Origin: Lama guanicoe
Taxonomy: Eukaryota
Direction of reading: 5' to 3'
Length of the DNA: 64,000 nt
NCBI GenBank assembly: GCA_013239625.1
Contig: MU054220.1
Span: 5,626,626 to 5,690,625, forward strand
Shown here: positions 1 to 14,010 of the stretch, piece after piece
Numbering within the stretch: the first letter of the stretch is position 1
Layout: every line of letters begins with the position of its first letter
The notes under the pieces: generated by a model
The model's input: only the letters and a program-made list of their open reading frames with translations
What the model was told of the DNA's origin: nothing
Databases searched by the model: none
Position numbers and translations under genes: made by a program

Positions 1-231
1 AAAGATGACCCCAAACCCCTCCCTGCCAATGAATATTTTGCCCATTTGTTTTTACACCTATATAACAGCTTGCCAAGGAAACTCAGGTCAGCTACCCACC
101 TGGGTCGGCTTACTTTTTCGTTGACAGTGTACTCTCTATCCCTTAATAAATCCTTGCTTTGTTTTCTTGACTTTTGTGTCTTGTTTCTGAATTCTTTCTG
201 CAACAAGACAAGAACCTTCCCACCAATAACA
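1..231 (+). mobile_element. 3' part of an ERV1-type LTR, cut by the window edge
   Basis: TATATAA at ~59-65, AATAAA at ~145-150 and a ...TAACA end at 231. About 80% identical by eye to the reverse complement of the solo LTR at 35484-36131. Confidence 0.8.
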
Positions 232-692
232 GAAGCATCATTACCCTCTCCTTGAATCTGTGCTGGCCTTAATGACTTGTTTGAATAAAAGAATATGGGG
301 GAAGTGATATCTTGGAACTCTTAAGATGCAGCTTCTACCAGTCTTTTAGAACACCTGCTCTTGGACTTTCTATGAACGAAGTTCATCTGCACTGAAGCCA
401 TTCTGTTCTGAGAAGCCCAAACCACAGGAACAGATTCTGAAGGATGAGTCACCATGTGGAGTGAGACAAACTGAGTAGCACTAAGTTGCTGTGTACATGC
501 ACGAAGAGGCTCTCTTGGGGGTGGAGCCTGCACTTCTGGCTGCCGCCAGCAGTGGCACGTGGCACACAGACAAAGCAGCCAGCCAAGCCTGTCTCAAACC
601 TCTTACCCACAAAATCATGAGTGAAAACAATGTGTTATTTTTTTAAGCTACTAAGTTTGCGGGTAATTTTTTATGTGACAGTAAGTCAATAC
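232..692 (+). mobile_element. MaLR LTR (MLT1F/G/H-like), 5' part interrupted by the ERV LTR
   Basis: MLT1 motif 'ccttgaatctgtgctggccttaatgacttg...gaagtga' and an MLT1-like terminus 'aagctactaagtttgcgggtaatt...aataca'. Confidence 0.7.
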
Positions 693-2261
693 AGCACTAA
701 AGACTTAAGAAAAATATCTGTGAGAAAAAAAAATTGTTAATATTTAATTCCTAAACTTTTTTTTAAAAAAATATAAAATGAGGTTAAGTCTAGAAGAGCT
801 CTTAAAACAATAGTGTAATGTTAAATCTCTTTTGAGAATTACTGTGTCTTCATGATTTTTAAGGTTCCCTAAGTTTATGGCTGAGCAAAAACTGGGGGAA
901 AATTTCCCAAGGATATCCAATGACAGAGGAATGAAAAACCAATAGTCTATGGTTGATGAGATAGTTGCCTCAAGGCAGAGGTTTTACTTCCACAAGAGTA
1001 GAGGAACAACAGAAGGAAGCTGGAGGAAAAAACCCAGAGCAATTCTATATTCTGATGAAAGGCCGGTTCCTTCCTTTTCTAATGATGAATTTCTTCAAAG
1101 AGGTGAAACATAAATGCTCTTAGATCTCATTAATGAAAACTCTCCTGGCTTTCAGATGAAAAAAGACTCATCCATAGAACTGTAGCTACCCATGAATTTA
1201 CATCTGGCATGACAACAAAGTTGAAAGTTTCGCTTTATTAAAAAGTAATTAGGAATTACCACCACCCTCCAAATAGGATAATAACAAAAAAAATGCATTT
1301 GCCTCAAACTACAGAAAATGCAGGGGGCTATAAATGTTTTCTTTATTAGGCCTTTCATATGGAATATTTTGGAGAAAACAAACAGTAATTGTAAGATTAT
1401 AAAGAGAAATTAGCATTTTGCTTGAAAGAAATGGCAATTAACAATGATGACAATGTGATTTATACTAATTGAGATTAAGTCAGACAAAATGGCAACATTA
1501 GTAATCATTTGAAGTGCTGTATTACTCATTATACTGTGCTTTGTAAACATCTCTCTTGAAATTAAAAAGTAATTAGTAGCATTTTAGTCATTTAATTCAG
1601 TCTAATTAGGATTTTCAAAAATCTACAGACCTGCTGTTGAAAGCCTTTCTCATTTTGAATTGAGAAAACATATTCCTTAAAAAATTAGCTTCTAGAGCTT
1701 TCTTTCTTGATCTCTAGTCTCCATTAAAAATTAAAGAAGAAAATTGTATAATTAGAAGCAAGAGGTAGGATTTTAATTGAATTGGGCTGAATAAAAAATT
1801 TTCAATCCATCATAATTCATGGCAGGTGCACTTTAATTTTTTTTAGTACAAGTGGAAAACATGTATGTTTTGTCAGTTGCTAAAAAGAAAGGAAATACTT
1901 AACATTTTTTGCTGGTCTAGTCTAGCCCCATCTTCACAGAACATGCATCTAGAGAAAGGGGAAACAAACAAAAAAAAGGCTTTAGCCAGAGTTGTTATTT
2001 GGATGGCATTTGGAATATAGAAAATTAAGTTTATCACCAACACTTTATGACTGGTGATAAGATTTGCTCTACGTACTTGGTGAAAGGAGGGACTCAAACC
2101 TCACCCTTTGGGGCATATGTAAATTGAATGACAGGACCAGGAAAGTTTGCCTTTCTCTCTATCAAATGCTGTAGCAGGGTCGTGCACTTTCAGGCTGGAT
2201 TTTCTTTTGTACTTTGATGGTAGTGTTAAGGATAGAGGCATTGGTTAGAAATTATGATAGG

Positions 2262-2758
2262 CATATTAGTTTCTTAGTGCCACTGTAACAAATTACCACC
2301 AAACTGGTGGCTTCAAACTACACAAATTTATTATTTTATGTATCTGGAAGTCAGAAGTCCAACATGAACCTCACTGGGCTAAAATCAAGATATGAGTAGG
2401 GTTGTGCTCTCTCTGGAGACGTTAGGGGAGAATGCGTTTTCTTGTCTTTTGTGGTTTGTAGCGGCCACTTGAATTTCTTGTTTTATGGCCTCGTTCTTCA
2501 AAGTTGGCAAGCATCACTCTGACCTGAGTGCTTCCATTGTTGGCTCTCTCGGACTCTGACTGTCCTTTCCTCTTTCACTCATAAAGACTCTAAGGATAAC
2601 ACTGAACCCACCTGGATGATCCAGGATAATCTCTCATATCTTAAGTTAATTATGAGTCTTAATTCAATCTGCAGCCTGAATTTCCTCTTGCCGTGTGTCG
2701 TAACATAGTCACAGGTTTCAGGGATTAGGAAGTGGACATCTCTAGGGGATGACCACAG
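2262..2758 (-). mobile_element. MaLR LTR (MLT1C/D-like)
   Basis: 'tattagtttc...tgtaacaaattaccaccaaactggtggctt' and 'gtaacatagtcacaggtttcagggattagga..tggacatct' match the reverse of MLT1 ends. Confidence 0.8.
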
Positions 2759-3094
2759 TAGGATGTGATGACTACTGGACAGCACTGAGGCTAGGGAAAG
2801 CAGGAATTCCTAGATCCTGCTCAGACCAAATGTATGCCTGTCTATCTCAAAATTTTCCAAGCATGCTGTGTACATCCTTTAAAAAAAATGGCAAATGGGA
2901 AACAAAGAACTATTTTGATAGATACACATGGACTCCAATAATCAGTGCTGCAGTGAAATGGGCTGAGCGATATGCAAGTATCTCTTTCCATTGGCTAACT
3001 AGGCAAAAATAGCTTTAGATCGAAGCATTCCTTCACCTCTTTCATTACCTACCACCTGGCCCACGTCTGCATCTGCTTCTGGTATTATCACACT

Positions 3095-3860
3095 CATGTA
3101 TTCATTCATTCATTCATTCCCTCTACAAATACTCAAGGAGCACCTGTTCCGTGTCAGACACAACTCTAGGTTCTGGAGATATACTGGTGAATAAAACAGA
3201 CCAAGAAAATCGTGTTCTCAAAGCTCACATTCTAGTGTATATAAAGGGTGGCAGAAAATATACAATAAAAAGAGAATGTGAGTACAACATTTTTAAGGTG
3301 GTAGTAAATAAAGCAGAGAATGGGGATAGAAACTGCAGAAAGACAGTATTTTATATATATATATATGTGTGTATATATATATAATTTTTTTAATGATGTG
3401 TTCAGGAAAGATCTCACTGAGAAGCCGACTTATGAGCAAAGATCATGAGGAAGTGTGAGCTGGTCATGTGGATCTGTAGGGCAAGAGCAGTCTGGCAGAG
3501 AAGAGCAAGTTCAAGGCTCCGATGACAGCTCTTGCACAGTATGTTTACTAGAGAAGTCAGCATGGCTAGAGTGGTTGAACTAGGGGAGGACTTAAAGTTA
3601 ATCAGATGGAGGAGCTGTCTAGATCACCTCAGACACGGAGGACTGTGGCTTTTACAAGTAAAGTGGGAATTAGAAGGTAGAGGAGTGAGAATATCACCTG
3701 ACCCAGCTTTCAAAACCATCACCCTGGCTGCTATGATGAAACAAGGCTGTGGGATATGAGAACAAAAGAGGGAGGTGAGTTAGGGGCTGTTGTCTAATGC
3801 AGGAGAGATGATACTGGGCCAGTTTGACAGATAAGGAGGCGATGAGAAGTGGTCGCAAGG
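3095..3860 (-). mobile_element. L2 LINE 3' fragment
   Basis: (CATT)n tail followed by 'gagcacctgttccgtgtcagacac..ctaggttctggagata', typical of the reversed L2 3' end. Confidence 0.75.
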
Positions 3861-4328
3861 AAGGACCAGAAGGAAGAGAGCTGGAAGTGGGGATAGCCAC
3901 GTGGGCTGAGGAGAAAGCACCGAGCTGGAGCCAAGTAGAGTTATTTGTCCACTTGTAAAAGGAGCCCAATCAATGCTCTGAAGTCTGATTAATTTTGATT
4001 AGTATTTTTCCTCCCCAAGGGTTGATTAAAAGAGGAGATAGTATGAAAGGCATGAGGAAGGAAGAAGACTAACACACAGTAAATTCCCATTACAAGTTTG
4101 TTGAATTTATTTAGATGTTTTCTTGGTGCATCCTGCTTGCACTCAGTTGCATCCCGGCAGGGCCAAACCTTCCAATGTACTTGCCAGTGAATGTGCAAGA
4201 TTAATTGGTATTATATACAAATGAGAGAAAGGTCTGGGAGGCCAGTGAAAGAACAGAACTTTATAAGTCAAAAACTTTGCCTTCTTATTCTGGTATATTC
4301 AGTAATTTTAAAAAATACTATCTTCCTG

Positions 4329-4889
4329 TGTATAGCATCTTGTATTTTCTAAAGATGCTTGCAACAATACCTGCCATCCCCCATGTTTTTCCAAAAAACA
4401 ATTGCTACTCCTCCATCAAGAGAAGGGGCTTACTTTCCCTCTCCTTGTGTCTGGACATTTTTGTAACCCGCTGCAATCAGCGGATAAGGCTGAAACTATG
4501 CCACGTGACTTTTAAGAATAGGTTGTGAAGGTAATGCAGCTTCCACTTTGATCCCTGAGCTCTGAGGCTGCCCTGCTGTGGAGGAAGCCCAGGCCACAGA
4601 GAGAGGACACATGTAGGTGTTCCAGCCCACAGCCTAGCTCAGCTCCCAGCCAACAGCCAGCTTCAACCCCAGATATGTGAATGGAGATGCCTCTAGATTC
4701 CATCTTCCAGCCATTGAGTCATCCTAGCCTTTCAGTCTCCCCCACTGAGGCGCTAGACTCTGGAACGGAGACTAGACTTCTCTGCTGTGCCTTGTCCAAA
4801 ACCCTTATCCAAAAATTCTGTGAGCATAACAAAGTGACTATTTTATGCCACTACTTTTGGGATGGTTAATGCAGAAATAGTAACTGGCA
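4329..4889 (+). mobile_element. MaLR LTR (MLT1F/G-like)
   Basis: Start 'tgtattttctaaagatgcttgcaacaata..cccatg' and end 'ttttatgccactacttttgggatggtt...aatagtaactgg'. Confidence 0.75.
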
Positions 4890-5019
4890 TCTCAGTTCTC
4901 TTAACAGTATATAAAGTAAGGATAATTTTATTCCCTTCCTTGTAAGCACACAAGCTTATATGCGTATGTTAAATTACCTTATAGTAGTAAAGCTTGAAAA
5001 AAGAAAAAGAAAATGTAAT

Positions 5020-5240
5020 GCTTGTTGAGTTCATAAAGAACACATTAGAAATGCATTAAAGTGTTTTACATGCATTAACTCTTAATCCTCACCACAACCC
5101 TACGAGGTTTAAGTCCTACTATCTAACCCACTTTACAGATGAAAAAACTAAAGATAAGTGACTTGCCTGAGGTCTAATATCTAGCAAGTGGGTGTGCTGG
5201 GTTTGAACCCAGATAATGTGAAGAGTCTGCACCCTTAACA
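5020..5240 (-). mobile_element. MIR SINE
   Basis: 'aatcctcaccacaaccctacgagg...ccactttacagatgaaaaaact...aagtgacttgcctgaggtc...tttgaacccag' (MIR core). Confidence 0.8.
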
Positions 5241-6821
5241 TATAGAAATAGTTTCTCAAGTAGAAGTAAAACGATGGGAATGATTTTTAAAAGCTATAGA
5301 TTGAGTTTCAGTTCTACACGTACCCTTAGCATGTAGCTTGGAGTCACTATACTCAGTCTTAGTTTCCACATTCTTTGAATTGGGAATGTGATTGCTTGAA
5401 CCTCTGTTCTCACTGGACTTTGGTGAGCATTGAATGAGATGGTATGTGGCGATTCTCTGAAGTTTGTATAACTGTAAAGTGGTGCTGTCCTTATCACTTC
5501 TGTTAGAGAACATGGCATTTGATGTACCTGGAAAGAGTACCTAGATGGACCTTTGAAATGCAGCTTTTAATCTGAAGCAAAATTATCCTTCTTGCTCTTC
5601 TGGTGAATAAACCATGTCTTATTGAAAATCTAGGATCAGTTTCTTTGCACCAGAGATGGCTTAATAACGTGCCCTCCTGGATGTGGAGAGGAGTCTTTTC
5701 TCAGCCTCTCCTGCACTTAGAGGCTCTGTTTCTCAGCTCTCACCTTGTGCTTTGAACACAAACCAAGACGTCCATTTAACACTTAAGACAATGAGAAAAT
5801 TGCTCGAGCAACACAGACCTGCTTACAGCAGAAGTGGTGATTCTTCTCACCAGCTCCAGAAGCCTATCTCATACAATCTGCTTGGTTCTTGCATTTCTCT
5901 CCCTGTAGTTGTCCAATGTCCCCTCCTTCACAGGGGTTCCTCCCTCATTTTTTTTTTTGATACTAACAAGACCCAACTTCTTTGGTTTAATCCTAAGTAC
6001 TCTTCTCTTAGAATGTTTTAGGATTGCCACTCAGTTTTAAACATTCAGTGAAGTTTCAGATTTCTTTCCATCCTGTTCCTTGGAACCCACCTGCAAACCA
6101 GCCAGCATGGCTAGCACTGCTCATCAGTTCATATCAGGATCCTTATGTGGGGCCACCGAACAACAGTCTTGGTAACGAGTAGGAGAGTGCATCAAATGCA
6201 TAATGCAATCTTCACTGCTTTCTTTATTGTTTTAGTTTTAATAAGACTATGCTTGTTAGCTGTAGTTAGTTGTCAATTTTATTAACTTCACTGTTGTAAC
6301 AGGATAGCAAAATAATGAATAACATTCTATAAATGCTAACTTCTATGGTGTGTTATTCAGATTCCCCAAATCAATTAAGGATAATGTTTTGACTTCAGTT
6401 AGTGAGTAGTAGAAATGAGAGAAGGGACTGAGTCAGAGAGAGAACTGAAGGGACTTGCAGTAACAGAGGAGTGGAGGAGTATAAAGGCAATTTAACCAGT
6501 TCAATTGTACTTTAAAGACCATCGGGAGACAGACTGGGGCCTTGGGGAGGGTAGGAAAGCAGTCATTGCAACAGTAAAGAACATGGACACTCTAGGTACA
6601 GAAGAAAAAGCGCTCGGAGGTGCCATGGAAAAGGAGTGATATAATTTGAATGGTAAACACAGGGCACATAAATAGAGTCTTGTAATGCTTGAGGAGAAGA
6701 TGGGAATATTTCTAAGGAAATCTTCGTAGATTGTGTCTGTCTGACTGTATGTGCTGTCAGAATGTGCTCCTCTGACTGTCTCAGACCTTGAGATACTAGA
6801 GTTTGGAAACTAGAGAATGAA

Positions 6822-7036
6822 GCTGGATTTTTCAGCCTCAGCACTATTTACATTTTGGACCAGATAATTCTTTGTTGTGAGGCCATCCTGTACCCTGTGG
6901 ATGCTTGGCAGCATCCCTGACCTCAAGCCCACAATATGCCAGTATTAAGCACCTTCCCAATTGTGACAACCAGAAATGTCTAGGCATTGCTATGTGTCCC
7001 TTGAGGGACAAAATTGCCCCAGGTTGAGAACCACTA
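6822..7036 (-). mobile_element. MER20 (hAT-Charlie DNA transposon)
   Basis: 'cagcactatttacattttggaccagataattctttgttgtg...ttgtgacaaccagaaatgtct...aaaattgccccaggttgagaaccact' follows the reverse MER20 consensus over ~215 bp. Confidence 0.85.
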
Positions 7037-7719
7037 GGATAAAGGAATAAATATTATTAATGATATTGGTATTTTGGGTGCCTACTTAGTGTCCATCACT
7101 GCTCCAGGCACTTCCTTTATGTTAAATTATTGAATTCTTAAATGGAAAATAGGTGTTATTGTTCCCATGTTGGAAATAAGGAAATAAAATCTGAAAAATT
7201 AAGCAACTCAGCATATTGCTGTTTTAATTTACAACATTTATTTAAGTAACTGTTGAAGATGGCTTGGATCCTAACTTTCTCTTGGCACTCTGTTACCAAG
7301 ATATCGTTTCTTTTTTCCCTGTTTCTCTTCTTCTTTCCCCACACTGTCCACCTAGAGTAACAGCGGCCACTGACAATAAACTTAATACTGAAATAATAAT
7401 CAACATGAATTAGGAAGAGGGGCTCAGTTTGAAGCATCAGTGATCCTTACTATAAATGAGTTCCTAGGTTACGTGGCTGAAACAGCGATTATCTGTGGTT
7501 CAACATTTTTCGTGTTGCTGAGCCAACATGAAATATACAGGAAAAAATTATAATCAATTCAATTCATTAAACGGACAAAAGCTGAGAGTTTACTATGTAT
7601 CAGGGATGGTACAGAATTATAAAACAAGACAAAAAGGTGGTCACTGTCTTCTAAAAGCTTACAGTTTGATGCAAGAGATATTTATAATATAGTAAGATGA
7701 GCTAGTTAGTTCCCTTGTT

Positions 7720-7930
7720 GTGCACTTTTATTGCACTGTGTTTCGTTCCTTCTAAAAATCTATCACTGTTTATACATTTTCTTATTTGATTAATGCTAGT
7801 CCTCCCCCACCTCCCCTATCTCACTGGATTGTGAGCTTCCAGAAGGCAGGGGCCTCTTGTGTTACTCACTACGGTATCTCAAGAGCCTACATAATAATGC
7901 TCAGTGAAAGAATGTCGAAGGAATGAAAGT
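7720..7930 (+). mobile_element. L2 3' end
   Basis: 'ggattgtgagcttccagaaggcaggggcc...gagcctac...atgctcagt...gaaggaatgaa'. Confidence 0.65.
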
Positions 7931-8789
7931 TTGCCTGACAAAATGTAGCAATGAATAGGAAAGGTCTATGGAGAGTTTGGAAAGTATATATGGGTAGGTT
8001 GGAGGAAAATCAGAGAAGTTCCCCAGAAGTAGAGATACCTCATCTGAGTGGTGGCATAATAGAAGTTAATGATGCATTAAAATATGTCACATTTATTTAT
8101 ATTAGTCAACAGTCAGTCCTAAAGAATTGGGAACTTCAGATGGGTTGTGAAGATTAGATGCTTTCACTGAATCTTCTGCTCAGTTCCAAGTTAATTTAAT
8201 ATGTTGTAGTATTTGCTTTGGGAACAAGTCAAGGCATTGTTTCCATTTCACCCTTAAATTGCACAAATGTAGTGAGGCGCTGACATTATCACTATGATCT
8301 TTAAAAAGAGACTTGGGTCTACAGAGATGAGAAGATGCCCCGGGTCATCACAAATTCTTCAGTCATGGTGGCTGACATGGCACTGAGATGGGTCTCCAGG
8401 ACAATATTTATGGGCAGGTTTAGTGTATTTTCTGATGTTGAGTGGCACTGTAAATTTAAAATAAAATAATATACTGTAAAAAATTTAGTGAAATCTCTCC
8501 ATAATCTCAGCTTCAGCATGAACTACTAATAATAGATTTCCACAGAGAAGTTCAAATAAAGCCATGTGATAATATCTGTCTGGAGCCCTCCCCTCCGTGG
8601 GTGCACACTAAAATGTTGGCAGAGTTTCTGAAGCATTAGCTTATGTAAACACAGGGGTTCTTGGTTAGCTGCATTAAATGGACTGTTCTCTTCTGAAATT
8701 TATTTTTGATATCCGTTATTTCAAATATTTTCATGCTATAAATACTGTTCCCTAGGCTGCTCACATTGCTTTTCTTCGATTTTAATTTG

Positions 8790-9900
8790 TATCTTTTATT
8801 GATTTTAGAATACATGTTTCTAATAAAAAATTTGAACAAAAGGAGCTCTAAAAAGCAGAAAGAAAAGAGTGCAGCTACCCTGTGTCCTAAGGGAAACTGC
8901 TGGTATCATTTGGTTTATATAGATTCAAGTATTTTTATACTGTATATACACACCCACCACATACACCAACGTACATTTATGTATGTGTTGTGTATTTATT
9001 TTTGAAAATGGGATTGTACTTTTCTCCAGCGTGCTTGTTTAATATTTTCAAGTGGTTCATATACATTTATTTCTGCATTGTTTCTAACAGATAATGATGG
9101 ACATGAAAGGGCTTTCCAGGTTTTTTTCTACTCTATACATTGCTTCAGGAAATAACTTTTTCTCAGTTTATACATATTTGTTTAGTTATATCTTTAGAAT
9201 AAATTACTAGAATTGAAGTTGCTATGTGAAAGGACAGACCATGCAAAATTTGAAATTGGAAAAATTACCTTGAAAAATATTGTACTAATTTATGTCCCCA
9301 CTAACTTTATATGAGTGCTTTTTCCCTATACTCTTATCAACATTCTTTAAAAATGACATCTTGTTGTTTTAATTTACATAGAGTTTGTTTATGAATGATG
9401 TTAAAGCTCTTGTACTTATGTTGTACTTTGTCTTCTGCAAATCTATTCTACCTCCCTTCTGTTCATTTTCTTCTTAGGTTTTTATAATTGTTCTTTTTAT
9501 CTTATAAGTATGGTTTTACCTCTAACAGTGCTTCCTTTTATTTTTCATTTAAATTACAAAAATTATCCCTCATTAAAAAATTTTACACATTTTGATGGCC
9601 TTGGACTTTAATATTTTCTATAATAACATTTAACATTTTTTTCTATATAGTCCCTAGACTTAATGTCACTCTAAAATTAACCATATCCACTCTGAGATCA
9701 TAAAATAATTCTCCAATATTTTTTTCTAGGATTTTTAAGTCTTTATTTTTTTCCTTTTAAACCTTGCATCTCTATGGACTTATCTTTGGCATAGGGTGTA
9801 AAATAAATATCTGACTAATTTTTCTCTCAAATATATCCAAAGGTAATCAACACTAACTTTGTGATTTTTTCATTCCATTATGTTTTATTCCCAAATATTT
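8790..9900 (-). mobile_element. Highly decayed old L1 (L1ME-like)
   Basis: T-rich stretch with antisense L1 motifs such as 'taaattactagaattgaagttgct', 'ttgtactaatttatgtccccac' and 'ttgttgttttaattt'. Confidence 0.55.
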
Positions 9901-11369
9901 GAATTACTCTAATTTAACAGTTTTCTTTTAAAACTAGTGGAGATTGGTCTAATTAATTACGCTTCTTTTCCAACACTGTTAGTGTATTTCTAAAATTTTT
10001 TTGTGTTGTAGGTATGAGAAGGCAGGCATAATGAAGCTGATCGAATCAGGAGCCTATAGCTGAAAGTTTACTATTTTTCTTCAAATGACTCTTCTGGTTG
10101 TACATTTAGGGTACACTTGGCTATGAACATTTTGCTTACTCCCACTTGATATTTGTGGGGTGATTTGAGTCAAATGATATGGGGATATTCCTGTAGGGCA
10201 TATCATAGTAGAATTCTTAACTTTAGTTCTCAGAGCAAAGAGGTCAGTATGAATCAGCAATTCAGCCCCTCATTTAAATGTTGACTTACAGTGGTTGAAT
10301 ATCAATGATCATTTCCAAAGAGTCATGTGATGTAGGGTCAAATTCCAGAGTTGAGCCATCAGACAGGAATGAAGATGGGAAGTGTAGCCAAGATTTGGTT
10401 ACTAGGATAGCTTAGCTGAGATTCTTCACTTTAGGTAAGGCAAAATTAGTGGACACAGTCAAGAGTTCAAGCCAGAACTATGTCAACGGTTCAGATAGGA
10501 AAGCTTGGATTCAAGAGTAGTGTACCTAGATTGATTTCTGTAATAATGCTGTGCTAGGGTAGGATTCATTTTGAAGGACTAGGGTCATGTTTGCATATTT
10601 GCAGGATTTTTTTTTTTAATTTGGACTGTCTCAAAGACACAGCTTGTTTTATGGAGGGTAGTCACTCCATATAGGACTGCTAGAATATGGGCCAGAAAAA
10701 CACAAGGGAATTCCATATTGAGCCATGCCTCATCCTTGTTAAGTTTGGAAATGGACCTGCTCGTTTTCCTTATTGACTTGTGATTTTTCTGCATAATTTT
10801 GAGTGTCTGAACCAGTGTTTGTCTCTTGTTCTGCTCAGTGGACTGACCTCTAAGTACTTTATATCTTAAAGTGCCCTTTGAATCAATTTCAGTGCTTTTT
10901 ATGCCTCTGATGGAACCAGTGGGCTTAGATTGCTGGAGGCTCTGAAGAAGCATGACTGTATGTGCAGTGACTGCTTCATCTTAGCTTTTGCTGAATGATT
11001 CTTGTTTGTGCTTCAAGTTTTGCAAACCACTTCAGGATCCCTCGGGGCTGAGAAGGGCAAGAGTAATATAAGATATCACTGGCAGTGGTAATAACCTTTT
11101 ATTTATCAAACACCTTGCTCCCGGGGAGCTCAAAGTGCCTTATGGATGTTATCTCATGAATCCTCCTGACATCCCTATGAGGCCAGGAGCAAATATTCTG
11201 CTATACTGAGTGGCAGGAGAGAAATGGTAAGGAAGGAAGGTAGAACACACAGAGGTCTCCAAAGAAGGATAAGGGTAACTCCTAATGGAGCAGTGGTACG
11301 GTATATCTCGATAGGCAATGCAAAACCTCTCTTCCCAGCAATATGTCTATCAGTGATGATGATGTAGTT

Positions 11370-11610
11370 AATATTAATTGAATGCTTACTATACACCAAG
11401 TACTTCTTTAAGTACATTGCTTATACAAACAAATTGAATCCTCCCAACACTCCGATGAGATTATTATCATTATTACACCCATTTAACAGATGAGGAAAAT
11501 GTGTAAAGAAAAGTTAAGTGACTTGCTCAAAACTAGAAAGTTGGAGTCAATAATCAAAACAGGGTAGTTTAATTCTAAATCTCAAACTCTTAACAGCTCA
11601 TTACACTGTG
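11370..11610 (-). mobile_element. MIR SINE
   Basis: 'attgaatgcttactatacaccaag...aatcctcccaacac...cccatttaacagatgaggaaa...gttaagtgacttgctcaa'. Confidence 0.8.
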
Positions 11611-11899
11611 GGAATTGTACTACATTAAGATCTGAAGTAAATACAGTTAGTGATACATTCCTTTGTCTCATGTATGTGTTCACCTATAAGTCTTTCAAAA
11701 TACAGTTAGTCTGAGATAGTGGGATTTTCAGTAAGCACCGATATTACTTACTCATCCTGGAATACTCAAGTAGAGAAGGCAGCTATGATTTTGAACAAGT
11801 TCAGTATCAAGTGATGGGATTTGCAGATTTTCAAGGCAGGCATGGACAGAAGAGGGAACTACAATGGGTTTTACTACCCTTCCTTTTAAGACAATTAAA

Positions 11900-12185
11900 A
11901 TTCCCTGCACCATTGATGGCAGGCCTGCCCATGTAATTTGTTTTGACAGATTGATGTGAATGAGAGTAACATGTGTGATTCCTAGCTGCACCAAGTCATC
12001 GATCACTGACCCAAGACCACCACTATTCAAGATAAAGGCTGCTTGGTCAACTTGAATTCCAGGGTGAAGATAATGGGAAGCAGTGCAGCCAGCCTTTGAT
12101 GGAGTGAGAGACACTGTTGGCATAAACCACTTATATTCTGGGGCTATTTGTTACTACAGCATAACTTTCTCTATCCTGACTGATT
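11900..12185 (+). mobile_element. Old MaLR LTR fragment (MLT1J/K-like)
   Basis: 3' terminus 'aaaccacttatattctggggctatttgttactacagcataac...tatcctgactgat'. Confidence 0.55.
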
Positions 12186-13149
12186 TAGCATCTATGCCTG
12201 GGAAGAGGGGAAGGAATGAGTGCCAGAGGTGAAGGCAGTTATAATGCAAAGGGTGTACCCCTGTCACCTAATCATTATCAAATCAAATAAGCAGAATATT
12301 ATGGGATCAAACCCAGTGTCTCAAGAGAAAAAATTGCCAGCTTGATAAAATACTTAACAAGAGAAGAGTATAGCTGAGAATACCCCCAGGATAATTCCAG
12401 ACTTTTTTAAAAAATTACTACTCTGATGGGTAGGACAGATATCCTTATCTCATATTAAATATGCTGTTGAAAGTGATTTATCCTGAAAAGACATAGTCCC
12501 TAAGCAATCTGAGAGACTCAACATCAAATGCATATTTAATATGACCATTTTTAAAACGGTACCTGTGGTAGAGAAGGCACCTGCCTCCTAGACTTTGGAG
12601 GTTGGGGACAGAGAGAAAGCATTTCATCCTGATTATGTAAAAAATAAACTAGAACCATAACCTACATACATGTGTGCATGTGTGTGTGTGTGTATGTGAT
12701 GTGTATTGTATGTCTGTGAGAGAGGGAGAAAGAAAGATAGAAAAAAAGAGGAGAGAGAGGAGATGAGATTTGTGAAATGTTACATGAGCATTATATTCTT
12801 TTTCCCAGGATTCTTTTTTTTCTTTTTTTGCCTGAAAATGAATACCTTTAACTAGAAAGGTCACTAATCACTATGGTGAAGTTCAGGTCTCTAGAGACCT
12901 GAACAAGTCAAGATTCTCTTCAAATAGAGACCAAGCCATTTCTTCAGAGGATTGTGCCAATTCCAATACCTTGTTATCTATTTGCTGTCTTCTTGGGATT
13001 ATTCAAAAGATAATTGTGACCCTAATAGCATCTATGTATTGAACACTCCTCATGTGCCAACTCTCTCCTTGAAGTGCTTTCACATGCATTTCTCAGCTGA
13101 CTCTCGTGGTATCCCGAGCAGACAGCCCATAAAATTCTGCCCAACTGTG

Positions 13150-14010
13150 CTCCTGTCTAGCTCTCATTTTATGTCACAGTCTCTCATACTCCCTACACTG
13201 TAATCTTTCATCTCCCTGAATTTTTTTTTCCAGGATGGAAAGGGTTTGCCCACATTATTTCCTCTGCTTAGAATTTTTTCCCTCAAAAACTCTTTCTCAA
13301 CTTTCAGGTCTCAGTTTCAGTTTTCATTCACTACAGATGTCTTTCCTCACTGGTCTGTCTAATGTAGGTACCCTGTGATTAGGCCATAGCTCAGCCCCTT
13401 ATCTGGATGCTTCATAGTGCTTATCACAATTGTATTTGTCTCATTTGTGTCTTGTCTGTCTCCCCAGTGAAAACATAAGTTCAGTGAGTCTATAAGTTAT
13501 TTATAACTTTTAACTGAATCCCCAGCTCTAAAAAACGATACTAGGAATAGGACAATTACGAGATTTGACCTAGTTTGGGGGAAGGGGTCAGGAAACTATT
13601 TCCTAAGAAATGGCAACTAAGTACAAAATTGGAAGAGAAGTAGGTATTTAAGATACAAGGGAAAGGAAGAGTATTCTGGGTAGAAGGAAGAAAATTGTCT
13701 AAAGCCCCATGGTGAGAAGCAGCCTATAGCTGAAGAATTAAAATAACAAATGTTGTTGGAACTAAGGGAGCAAGGTAGAGCTAGGGAGGTAAGCAGCGGC
13801 CAGTTATGCTCAATGTTTTAAGCCTTATTAAGAATAAGGGCCATCTACTGAAGGGTGTTAAGAAGAGAGAATATTGTGATTAGATTTCTAAAAGAAACGA
13901 ATGTTCTGGTAGATACGTAGGTGAATGAATTGAGAGGAGGCAAGAGTGTGTACAGGAGAAATAGCAGGTGGCCCAAGGTAATAGATGTTAGTATATGGAC
14001 GAGAAGTGGG
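13150..14010. mobile_element. Two L2 fragments (+ strand to ~13540, then - strand)
   Basis: 'ctttcaggtctcagtt...gtctttcctcac...cttcatagtgcttatcaca' followed by antisense 'gggtcaggaaac...aagagtattctgggtagaagga'. Confidence 0.55.

Noticed and set aside
11015..11075. Resemblance to the 3' tail of an AmnSINE1-like ancient SINE
   Set aside because: Only ~50 bp of loose similarity from memory, with no matching upstream domain; needs an HMM search.
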